From Candidatus Acidiferrales bacterium (lineage in GTDB: Bacteria > Acidobacteriota > Terriglobia > Acidiferrales > UBA7541), in the NCBI GenBank assembly GCA_050012395.1, contig JBEKHG010000021.1, forward strand, positions 7,834-71,833: a stretch of DNA of 64,000 bases, written 5' to 3'. Of this stretch, positions 40,174 to 48,478 are shown one piece after another. Numbering within the stretch: position 1 is the stretch's first letter; each line of letters opens with the position of its first letter. Under the pieces are notes generated by a model. That model was not told where the DNA came from. It made no database searches and saw nothing but the letters and a program-made list of their open reading frames with translations. The translations under genes were made by a program, and so were the position numbers.

Positions 40174-40210
40174 ACTTGGTAACTGAGCTATCTAATACTG
40201 TTCGAAGATG

Positions 40211-40235
40211 TCCGGTAATCGGACTAATCAGGCAA
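40211..40235 (+). repeat. hairpin-element family, copy D (5' part conserved)
   Basis: TCCGGTAATCGGACTAATCAGGCAA is 20/25 to the consensus. I found no good closing stem. Confidence 0.55.
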
Positions 40236-40358
40236 GTGACGCGGCCTTTTGCGTTTTCCCGCCCTTGCCCGAAGCATTCGTGTTTTAAGGCAGTGCCGAG
40301 AATAACAGGGTTAGCAGCATAGGCGGGTGGCGCAAGACTCACTCTGCCAAAATCGACA

Positions 40359-41378
40359 GTGCCTCAGTTTCTGAGAATCCGCAGCAATATTTGGTATAGT
40401 CTCCTCCCGGGGGAACGCGAGTTTGCCGGGTTCGAGCGTTGGGATCGGGGAAACCTCGACCTTAGCGCGGACAAGAAACCGGAAATGCTCCAGTACGAAT
40501 ACACTCGCTCGGCGTTGAAGCTCGGTCTCAAACTCGAAAACGAACTCGGCGTCAACCCCTACAAGTTTGGGCTGATCGGCAGTACTGACTCGCACACCTC
40601 ACTGTCCACGGCAGATTCGGATAACTTTTTTGGCAAGCTCCCCGCCTACGAGCCATCAGCGGATCGCTGGCATCATGCGTCAGCTTTTCCCAATGGGAAA
40701 TCCTATGTTGGATGGGAGTTCGTTGCTTCCGGCTACGCCGGCGTGTGGGCCACAGGAAATACACGCGAAGCTTTGTGGGACGCGATGAAGCGCAAAGAAA
40801 CCTATGCCACCACCGGACCACGGATGGTCGTGCGCTTCTTTGGAGGTTGGGACTTTGTCAGCAGGGATGCGCAAACCCCGAATCTTGCTGCTGTCGGCTA
40901 TGGAAAAGGTGTGCCGATGGGCGGCGACCTTCGACAAGCTCCGTCCGGGAAATGCCCGACATTTCTTGTGGCCGCGCTCAAGGACCCTATTGGCGCTAAC
41001 CTGGACCGCGTTCAGATCGTCAAGGGCTGGCTGGACGCAAAGGGTGAGGTACAGGAGAAAATCTACGATGTGGCCTGGTCAGGAAATCGCAAACCCGGAG
41101 CAACCGGTAACGTGCCAGCCGTTGGTAATACCGTTGATATGAAAACGGCCACATACTCCAATTCGATAGGCGCGCCCGAGTTGACCGCGACATGGAAAGA
41201 CCCAGACTTCGATCCATCGCTCAAGGCATTCTACTACGTGCGCGTTTTGGAAATACCAACTCCACGCTGGACGCTCTACGATGCTGTAAAATTCGGTGTC
41301 ACGATGGACCCAAAGGTCCCGATGGTCGAACAGCAGCGCGCCTACACCTCGCCCATCTGGTACACGCCGCAGAAATAA
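40359..41378 (+). pseudogene. DUF3604-family gene, C-terminal half only
   Basis: YEYTRSALKLGLKLENELGVNPYKFGLIGSTDSHTS ... RAYTSPIWYTP matches the central-to-C-terminal part of DUF3604 proteins, which I recall as about 600 aa or longer. No N-terminal half, no signal peptide and no RBS at 40359. Confidence 0.6.
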
Positions 41379-41562
41379 ACGCAGCGGAGCCGGGCCATGC
41401 CCGATTAACGCGCTGGTTGTTCGTGTAAGAAAGTTCAGCTTCCGGCAACGCGAGCGAGTAGAACCTTTAGCGAAACGGTGGCGATAGCTCGCAAGGCGGA
41501 GGTCTGCTGGGGTCGCATAACGCGACCAACCGCAATTGCGTGAGCCACCGCCGGGAAGCCGG

Positions 41563-41922
41563 TTAGTCGGGTGTGATCCCGAGAAATTCGTCGTGGCCCT
41601 CGAGCATTGGCGCCAGATTGGACATCAGGAACAGGTCGACAATTCGCTGATGGGCGTTGACGATCTTCAACTTGGATTTTGCTTTCTTCGCGCTTACCCA
41701 AAAGCCTACAAGCGTCCCCAGCCCCGAACTGTCCAGGAAACCTACGTTGGTAAGATCAATCACGACAGTCTTGGCCTCGGTAATCAGGGGACGGACGGTG
41801 CTCTTGAGCATTTCGGCTGTGCCGGAAGTGATTCGGCCCGAACAATGAACGATTGCTTCCGTTGGGGTCGTTTCGACTTCGATCTTCATATCAGGCGAAG
41901 GAACAGCGCCGGTGAGAGACAT
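41563..41922 (-). CDS. STAS-domain anti-sigma-factor antagonist, second paralog
   Basis: GGAGG RBS before ATG 41922. IDLTNVGFLDSSGLGTLVGF. Inverted relative to 38140-38496. Confidence 0.85.
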   Translation of the reverse strand: MSLTGAVPSPDMKIEVETTPTEAIVHCSGRITSGTAEMLKSTVRPLITEAKTVVIDLTNVGFLDSSGLGTLVGFWVSAKKAKSKLKIVNAHQRIVDLFLMSNLAPMLEGHDEFLGITPD

Positions 41923-42191
41923 AAAGTGCCTCCAGTTAGATGGGGTTCCCGGGGAAACTGCGATGGCCGTGAGTCTAACATAATGGACGAAGTGTGTGGA
42001 GATAGATGAGCGCACTTCAGAGCTACGGAGCGGCTATCGCGTATTCACGCGCGTATTCTCCAGTCCTGAATAACGCACTTATCGGAGACTGAGCCATCCA
42101 CCCGAAAGCGATGACTCGCCATCGTACCTTTTAGATTACCGGCTTCACGAAACAGTTCTCGCTGCCGACGGATGGAAGTATTGTTGAAGCA

Positions 42192-43100
42192 ATGAAGAAG
42201 CTGAAATTTCTAGTGTCCCTTCCCACCGACGACAACGATTTCCAGTTGGAGCAGGCCCTTTCCGCGCAGCGGGCGGGCACGAAACTGGGCGTTGACGTAA
42301 GCGTACTTTATTCCGAAAACGACACGGTAAATCAAAGCACGCATATTTTGAAAGCGATCCAATCTCCGGCGGAGTCGCGCCCGGCCGGAATTATTCTGGA
42401 ACCAGTGCGGGGAAGCGCGCTTCCTCAGGTGGCCCAAGTTGCTTGCGACGCGGGAATCGCCTGGGCAGTAATGAATCGCGCTCCGGATTATATTTCGGAA
42501 TTGCGGCGCAAAACGAGAGCGCCGGTCTTCGCGGTCACTTCCAGCCACGCGGAAATCGGACGCATTCAGGGAAAGCAATTCGCCGCGCTTTTGCCGCAAG
42601 GCGGATCGATTCTGTACATCGAGGGCCCCTCATACAGCACTTCGGCGCAGGAACGCACGGCCGGCATGATGGAATCCAAGCCAAAAAACATTCAGGTGAC
42701 GACGCTGAAAGGGCAGTGGACAACCGAAAGCGCCGAACGCGCGGTAAGCTCCTGGCTGAAGTTGAGCACGTCGCACAAAATCCCCGTGGATTTAATAGGA
42801 GCGCAGGATGATTCCATGGCCATGGGCGCGCGCGCCGCGTTCGACAAAATACAAGAAGACGACGATCGCAAACGCTGGCTGAGTTTGCCCTTTACCGGAT
42901 GCGACGGCGTCCCGAAGACCGGCCAGAAATGGCTCCGCGACGGTTTGCTTGCCGCAACAATTCTGATTCCCCCGATCGCCGGCAAAGCCGTCGAAATGTT
43001 GGCGAACGCGATGAGCACTGGGAAACAACCTATCGAGCATACGGTGACCGCCTCTGCATCGCTCCCACCGTTGAACGAGCTGAAGCCCCGAAAATCGTAA
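42192..43100 (+). CDS. periplasmic-binding-protein-fold (sugar-binding/LacI-type) domain protein
   Basis: KFLVSLPTDDNDFQLEQ ... AQDDSMAMGA is typical of the Peripla_BP fold. There is no signal peptide, lipobox or HTH. Confidence 0.6.
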   Translation: MKKLKFLVSLPTDDNDFQLEQALSAQRAGTKLGVDVSVLYSENDTVNQSTHILKAIQSPAESRPAGIILEPVRGSALPQVAQVACDAGIAWAVMNRAPDYISELRRKTRAPVFAVTSSHAEIGRIQGKQFAALLPQGGSILYIEGPSYSTSAQERTAGMMESKPKNIQVTTLKGQWTTESAERAVSSWLKLSTSHKIPVDLIGAQDDSMAMGARAAFDKIQEDDDRKRWLSLPFTGCDGVPKTGQKWLRDGLLAATILIPPIAGKAVEMLANAMSTGKQPIEHTVTASASLPPLNELKPRKS

Positions 43101-43308
43101 ACCGCGCTTTGACCGCTGCCGATCGTACGAAAGGGTCGCATGGTTCAGAGGGGCGCAGCGGGCCCGCGTCCGATTGGCGCGTGTTGCGTTTCCCGGCGGC
43201 AGGTTAAACCTAAGACAACTGCAACACATTCTCTAAGCTTCCGGGTAGGAATTGCCAGCCGCGCCAACTAGTATTAGTTGAAGAACGTAATCTCGGCGGC
43301 ACCCCTCG

Positions 43309-44079
43309 ATGGAGCGTATGGGCATAAGCATGGATATAAAAACCGCGTTCGCCGCGATTTCGAACCTGGAGTTAAAAGCGAAGATCGCGATTGCCGCCGT
43401 CATCGTAGCGCTCTGCCTTACGATTTCCTCATTCATCGAAACGCGCTATATCGCGGACGGCAGCGGCGTCACGCTTTATTGGAAGGGAAACGAAGCATAC
43501 ATTTTCATCGAGCAATCGCACACCGGCTACCACATCAATTATTTGGAGCTTCCGGTTATTGTGCTCATGCAGTTTTATTGGACGCCCGATCCGGCCAACC
43601 AACGTGATTGCCCGGTGGTAATTCACGTCACCGCCACAGACGTGGAGCGCCATCGCGGCCCCTGCGGCGGCCCGGAAGTGCAAGCCACGTTGATCACTCC
43701 ATACGACAACAAATTCTTCGCGCTCTGCCAAAGTGGACGTCTTTGCAAGTGGACGATTGACGGCTACGTGATGGCTAGTCCCGCCGAGGTGCGAAACTTA
43801 GACCCCACAACTTTGCCGACCTTAGCGCGCCAAGACGGCCAAGTGATCAGCGGATGGACCTTGCATTATTCTCCCGGCCCCGGCGCGCAATATGACGTTC
43901 CACTCAGCGACGGTTCGATAATTTCCGTCATCAATCGCCAAAAAAAAGCGCACTCGTTTCCATGGATTGAAGTAGTGCTGCAGCGCCCCGGCCAAAAACC
44001 TCAAAGTCTTTATAATGTGGACGCCACCCCGCACAAGGCCACGGTGCAGGAATATATCGCCACATTCCCACCCCAGTAA
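43309..44079 (+). CDS. hypothetical membrane-anchored protein
   Basis: 256-aa ORF with one TM helix (IAIAAVIVALCLTISSFI). Start is uncertain (no clear RBS). No family recognised. Confidence 0.5.
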   Translation: MERMGISMDIKTAFAAISNLELKAKIAIAAVIVALCLTISSFIETRYIADGSGVTLYWKGNEAYIFIEQSHTGYHINYLELPVIVLMQFYWTPDPANQRDCPVVIHVTATDVERHRGPCGGPEVQATLITPYDNKFFALCQSGRLCKWTIDGYVMASPAEVRNLDPTTLPTLARQDGQVISGWTLHYSPGPGAQYDVPLSDGSIISVINRQKKAHSFPWIEVVLQRPGQKPQSLYNVDATPHKATVQEYIATFPPQ

Positions 44080-44164
44080 CCTATTTGCTCGGAGCAACAG
44101 AAGCGCCCTGGTTGCAGCCTTTGCATTGCGTGCGCTTTGTGCCGGGCATGGTTAAGCAAAGAAG

Positions 44165-44410
44165 TTAATTGCTAACGCAGCTCGTTCTGCCATCGCGGTC
44201 GGTGAAAAGATGTTGGCCGTCTGGACATCCTGTCTGATGGTCGCGGTCAGCGTCTCTATCTTTGTCCTTATCGCGATCTCTGTCGCGATCATCTCTGTGC
44301 GGGTCGGGTTGCGCCTGAACAGCAGAGGCCGGAGCGACGGGTTGGGTACCTGAACATCCTGACGTCATTATTGCTATCAGGAAAGCGCTAACGATTAACG
44401 ATCTCTTCAT
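44165..44410 (-). CDS. small lipoprotein with Asp/Arg/Lys repeat
   Basis: AAGGAG RBS before ATG 44410. Lipobox-like IAIMTSGC. Contains a DRDRDRDKDKDRDADRD tract. Confidence 0.6.
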   Translation of the reverse strand: MKRSLIVSAFLIAIMTSGCSGTQPVAPASAVQAQPDPHRDDRDRDRDKDKDRDADRDHQTGCPDGQHLFTDRDGRTSCVSN

Positions 44411-44779
44411 TCGGAATCTCCTTGTGTTATCGCAAGACAAACTCGTGGAGTGTGCGCGTGCATGTTGAACGATATCCGGGGTTCGCAAGGCAGCGCTGTC
44501 CCAATTAGCACACATTCCAATAATGATGATGATGGCTTGGGCGAAGGTGGGTCGCCAAGGCGGAAGCGATATGTCCCGAAGGCCGGATTCAGCGTCGCCC
44601 GTTCCTGATGGAGCTTGGCAATTCCGCCGAATCCGCATCATTGCCAGCGGACTGAAGCTGTTGCGCCAACTTCGCCGCCTGTGATAATATTGGGGTGCGT
44701 TTGTTGCTTCAGGGCAAGTCCTCGGGGTCGCCGACGCGGTGGCTAACATCCACACAGTCAGTACTTTAGGAGTAGGTCA

Positions 44780-44986
44780 GTGGCAAAAGAGCAAGGAACA
44801 GTGAAGTGGTTTAACGCGGCGAAAGGATATGGTTTTATCCAACGCCAGTCCGGCGAGGACGTCTTCGTGCACTTCTCGGCGATCCAGTCCGAGGGTTACA
44901 AGAGCCTCAATGAAGGGCAAGCAGTCGAGTTCGAGGTCAAGCAAGGCCCCAAGGGCCTGCAGGCCGAGAACGTTGTCGGACTCTGA
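44780..44986 (+). CDS. csp: cold-shock protein (CspA family)
   Basis: [15 protein letters not shown] (RNP1) and DVFVHFSAI (RNP2). 68 aa with a GTG start. Confidence 0.95.
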   Translation: MAKEQGTVKWFNAAKGYGFIQRQSGEDVFVHFSAIQSEGYKSLNEGQAVEFEVKQGPKGLQAENVVGL

Positions 44987-45273
44987 CCCTTTCCAGGTTA
45001 CGTTTTAAAATTCAGCGTATCGATACGAGGGGCGGAGCTAAGTCTTAGCCCTTGTTGAACGCCGTACGCGAAGCTTGGCTCGGAAAATTGGGATACGTCT
45101 GCTACCGTACGCAGGCGAGAATCACAAGTCCTGCGGACTGTTATCAAGAACGAGCGAAGATTTTGGGATATGCGGTACGGGCAAGTACAGGCGGCCGCAT
45201 TTGCAGTTGAATCGAGCGGACAGCGGTTGCAATTTATAAGAAACAAATTTAGTAATCATTCAAGGAGGCAGCG

Positions 45274-45489
45274 GTGCAGATCCTATCGGAAGGGCAGTCG
45301 ATTCGTCACGAGCAATACGGAATGGGAACAGTCACGGAATCCAATACCGAACGTACCACCATCGATTTCGACGATCACGGCGTCAAACGTTTCGTGACAT
45401 CGATTTGGTCCGCGGAACTCATCGGCGAAGCCCCCGCTCAACCTCCCGCACGCCGCCGCGGCCGCCGCAGGTCCGTAAAGAAGGCGTAA
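45274..45489 (+). CDS. small hypothetical protein with Arg-rich tail
   Basis: AAGGAGG RBS before GTG 45274. 71 aa. GQSIRHEQYGMGTV loosely resembles DUF3553-like small domains (unverified). Confidence 0.5.
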   Translation: MQILSEGQSIRHEQYGMGTVTESNTERTTIDFDDHGVKRFVTSIWSAELIGEAPAQPPARRRGRRRSVKKA

Positions 45490-45761
45490 TCCGCATCTGC
45501 GATCAGGTCGTTTGTATCGCGGTTAAATTAGATTCGGTCTTTAATAGGTTGCGTGGCTGAAGAGCCCGCAACCTATTTTTGTTTTATCCCGACGTTGTTG
45601 TTTCGACAGAGGCTTGCCTTTTGGCCGACGAGGGACCTGCGGTTTCTTTCTTGCTGGTATCACTTGCGGGGTTGACCTTGAATCAAGAATTGAAGAAAAC
45701 GGCCGAACAATAGCCAGCTTGCCGCGCAGCCAAGAAGCGCGACGCATTTATCTACAAAGTG

Positions 45762-45959
45762 TTAAGCGCGGTTCTTGAATCGCTGTCGCGAGATGTCAAC
45801 AAACATCTGACGCGAGGGGTCCCACACGCGGTAATCGCCAGGCTTGGTCGAAGCCAGGCTGATAAGACGTTTCTTGGCTGAGGATAAATCCTCCACCGCT
45901 TCTATCCACATGAAATCGTCTTCGGCGGTCAATTGGAAAATATCGTAACGCGTAGTCAT
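45762..45959 (-). CDS. tiny hypothetical protein (65 aa)
   Basis: GGGAGG RBS before ATG 45959. No family recognised. Confidence 0.5.
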   Translation of the reverse strand: MTTRYDIFQLTAEDDFMWIEAVEDLSSAKKRLISLASTKPGDYRVWDPSRQMFVDISRQRFKNRA

Positions 45960-46172
45960 AAAAACCTCCCACACCAGGAATGCGAAAGAGGTCCGTAAGG
46001 GGGGTATGCGCTCTTGCACAAATATTGTCAAGGTTCAAATGAACTGACACATGTTGAATCGCGCGAGACCGTGTGGTAGTGTGCGCGCAAGATTCAAGCG
46101 CGACGGCGCGAGTTCCACTACAAAGCTAAAAGCGCGGCTGCGTTTGACTAGACAGCGATCCGGGAGACCGTT

Positions 46173-46850
46173 ATGGGGCGTGTCGGTCTGCGCACGGTAT
46201 TGCAACTGCATTGGTGTATGCTTTTCTGCGCCGCGCTTGCAACGGCAAATATTTCCGCCGCGTTCGGTCAGACGCACCCTCCGAAAATTGTTCCGCCAGC
46301 GCCAAACTCGGCACTGAACTCCTCGAAGGATTCCGCGCCTGCGAAGGTTTCTTCGCCGGATGAAGCCGCTGCGCGGAATTCTGATTCAGCTTCAGCACCC
46401 GTTGGAACGAACGAAGTCGATGCGAGTCCGCCTGAATGGCGCGCGGACGACGCTGCGTCCAGTACCTTTGATTCGCCTTCCACACGCACTTCCTCGGACG
46501 CGACTCCCGCGCGCACTTCCGACGTGGCGGGTGATTTCTCGGCGCCCGACGGTCTGCCGCTAGCCGGCGCGCGAGGCGTTACACATCCCGTGTGTCTGCG
46601 CTGTCCACCCGCGCAATATTCCTACTCCGAGCTACTCCACAAAATTCAGGGCAACGTAACACTGGACGCCATCGTCGGAAAGGACGGCTGGGTAAGCAGC
46701 GTGAGAATTTTAGGATCGCTAGGAACAGGGTTGGACGAGCAAGCCATGAAAGCCGTCCGCACATGGCAATGGGAGCCTGCACGCGACGCCGAAGGAAAAA
46801 CTGTCGCTGCACATCAAACCGTGGTGGTGACTTTTCGCATTTCCCGGTAA
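46173..46850 (+). CDS. TonB-family protein (C-terminal TonB domain)
   Basis: Signal/anchor segment, a Pro/Ser-rich spacer, and a C-terminal GNVTLDAIVGKDGWVSSVRILGSLGTGLDEQAMKAVRTWQWEPA. Confidence 0.7.
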   Translation: MGRVGLRTVLQLHWCMLFCAALATANISAAFGQTHPPKIVPPAPNSALNSSKDSAPAKVSSPDEAAARNSDSASAPVGTNEVDASPPEWRADDAASSTFDSPSTRTSSDATPARTSDVAGDFSAPDGLPLAGARGVTHPVCLRCPPAQYSYSELLHKIQGNVTLDAIVGKDGWVSSVRILGSLGTGLDEQAMKAVRTWQWEPARDAEGKTVAAHQTVVVTFRISR

Positions 46851-46890
46851 TTCGAAGCCATACCTGAAGGAATTCAAAACGTAAATAAGT

Positions 46891-46919
46891 GTAGCGCGTG
46901 CGCGGGACGCACGCGCTAC
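46891..46919. terminator. 12-bp perfect hairpin between convergent genes
   Basis: GTAGCGCGTGCG-cggga-CGCACGCGCTAC. On the minus strand it is followed by ACTTATTTACGTTTTGAATT, consistent with terminating the 47035-47343 gene. It may also stop the TonB-family gene. Confidence 0.6.
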
Positions 46920-47034
46920 AAAGTCGCCGGCCTTCCTGCCCCCCTTCCGATCATTTTCGCGAGCAGAGGCCATGCGCGGACAGATGAAGGAGCTTTTCGT
47001 TAGCGCTATATGGCGAGCGCCATTTCACGCGCCG

Positions 47035-47343
47035 CTAATTGTGATCCGGATGGTCGTGGCGCCAATTCCAATAAGCCTGTTGCTGCGCGCGATTGTTTCT
47101 GTCGAACTCGACATACTGCCTGTGGTGCTCGCTTAGATAGATCCGGTAGGAACGATCTTCGCCTTCATTCCAATTGTGATAATCCTTGTGCTGGTGATCG
47201 TAGTAACGATGCTCCTGCTCCTGTTCGTGATGCTCTTCCTGGCCGTTTTGCGCGGGTGGATTTGAAGCTGCGACGATGCCAGGCGTCGCAAGCAACGCGG
47301 CTGCGAGAAAAACCGAGCTAACCAATCGATGGCGAGTGTGCAT
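47035..47343 (-). CDS. small secreted His/Gln/Glu-rich protein
   Basis: Signal peptide ends ...GIVAAS. The mature part contains about 17 His in about 75 aa (EEHHEQEQEHRYYDHQHKDYH). Confidence 0.6.
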   Translation of the reverse strand: MHTRHRLVSSVFLAAALLATPGIVAASNPPAQNGQEEHHEQEQEHRYYDHQHKDYHNWNEGEDRSYRIYLSEHHRQYVEFDRNNRAQQQAYWNWRHDHPDHN

Positions 47344-47670
47344 GAAATCTCCTTGGAATGGATATGACGTGCGTTGCTGCAGGGTGTAGTGTCGGCGCTA
47401 ACCGGGTGCAAAGAATGTGCAATACAGCACACTCGGTTGGCGAGTTGAGCATTCGCCTGAATGACTCCCGGCGCGATGAAAGAGGAGCAAGCAGCCGCAC
47501 TCCATGATAGTCACGTTGGAACGCCAGGAAGGTTTGTTGTTGCTGGTGCCCTCAACATTCCGTGAAAGCATCGGTATTGTGGGTAATTGCCAACCGGCCC
47601 TGCCGGCAAAGCAACCCGGACGAATCGTTTTGTATCTGAAGAAGAAATTTCTGTAGCTCGGGGGAGGCCT

Positions 47671-48402
47671 ATGAAGCGAAGGATTCTCAGGACAATCACA
47701 ATTGTGTTGGCGGTAGCAAGCTTCTCGGTTTTTGTTGCGCTCCTCGCGTCGCCACAAGTGTCAGCCCAAACCAAGGACGCGAATTCCGCCTACGCAAACA
47801 TGGCCTCGCTTGACCAATACTTGATGGATCGCGACGCCGAGATAGCTCTTGCGCGCAGCGCGGCCCCAAAAGACCTCTCGGACGACGCCGAAGTCATGGT
47901 CCTCGGACGCCACGGTTACGAAACTGCTGTCAAAGGCAAAAACAATTTCGTGTGCGTCGTGGAACGCGGATGGACGGCCGCAATCGACGATCCCGGCTTT
48001 TGGAATCCGAAGCTGCGCGGTCCGATCTGCTTTAACCCCGCAGCCGCACGCACCTACCTTCCGATCACAATTAAGAAGACCGAGTTCGTTCTCGCGGGCC
48101 AATCCAAAGCTCAAATGGTTGAAAGTCTCAAAGCGGCTTTCGACAAGAAAGAATTGCCGCCACTTGAGATCGGCGCAATGTGCTACATGTTGTCCAAGCA
48201 ACAGTATTTAAACGATAAGGGTGACAACTGGCACCCGCACCTGATGTTCTTCATTCCGCAGGCCGCCCCGGAAACCTGGGGCGCAAATCTGGCGGACACA
48301 CCGGTTGCGGCGACCGAAATGCCTCAGGATCGACTGACGATATTTTTCGTCCCGGTGGCCACCTGGTCGGACGGCACGCCCGATCCCAAGGCCGGTCACT
48401 AG
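47671..48402 (+). CDS. hypothetical secreted protein
   Basis: GGGGAGG RBS before ATG 47671. Signal peptide ends ...PQVSAQ. No family recognised. Confidence 0.65.
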   Translation: MKRRILRTITIVLAVASFSVFVALLASPQVSAQTKDANSAYANMASLDQYLMDRDAEIALARSAAPKDLSDDAEVMVLGRHGYETAVKGKNNFVCVVERGWTAAIDDPGFWNPKLRGPICFNPAAARTYLPITIKKTEFVLAGQSKAQMVESLKAAFDKKELPPLEIGAMCYMLSKQQYLNDKGDNWHPHLMFFIPQAAPETWGANLADTPVAATEMPQDRLTIFFVPVATWSDGTPDPKAGH

Positions 48403-48478
48403 CGACTAGGCGCGAAGTGTGTTCTCGACCATTTCTCGCGCTACGCAATGAAGGGCACGTGACGCCGTGTCCCCTGCA

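Noticed and set aside
38543-40235. Idea that the hairpin elements are integron attC sites and the paralogs are cassettes
   Set aside because: There is no integrase or attI in the window. The copies lack paired R''/R' (RYYYAAC/GTTRRRY) core sites; only copy C has a fortuitous GTTAAAC. The flanked genes are in opposite orientations.
42062-42086. Possible minus-strand copy of the hairpin element (TCCGATAAGTGCGTTATTCAGGACT) upstream of the second STAS gene
   Set aside because: It is only 18/25 to copy B, which by a rough binomial estimate is borderline for chance in 128 kb. It does not fold into the family structure.
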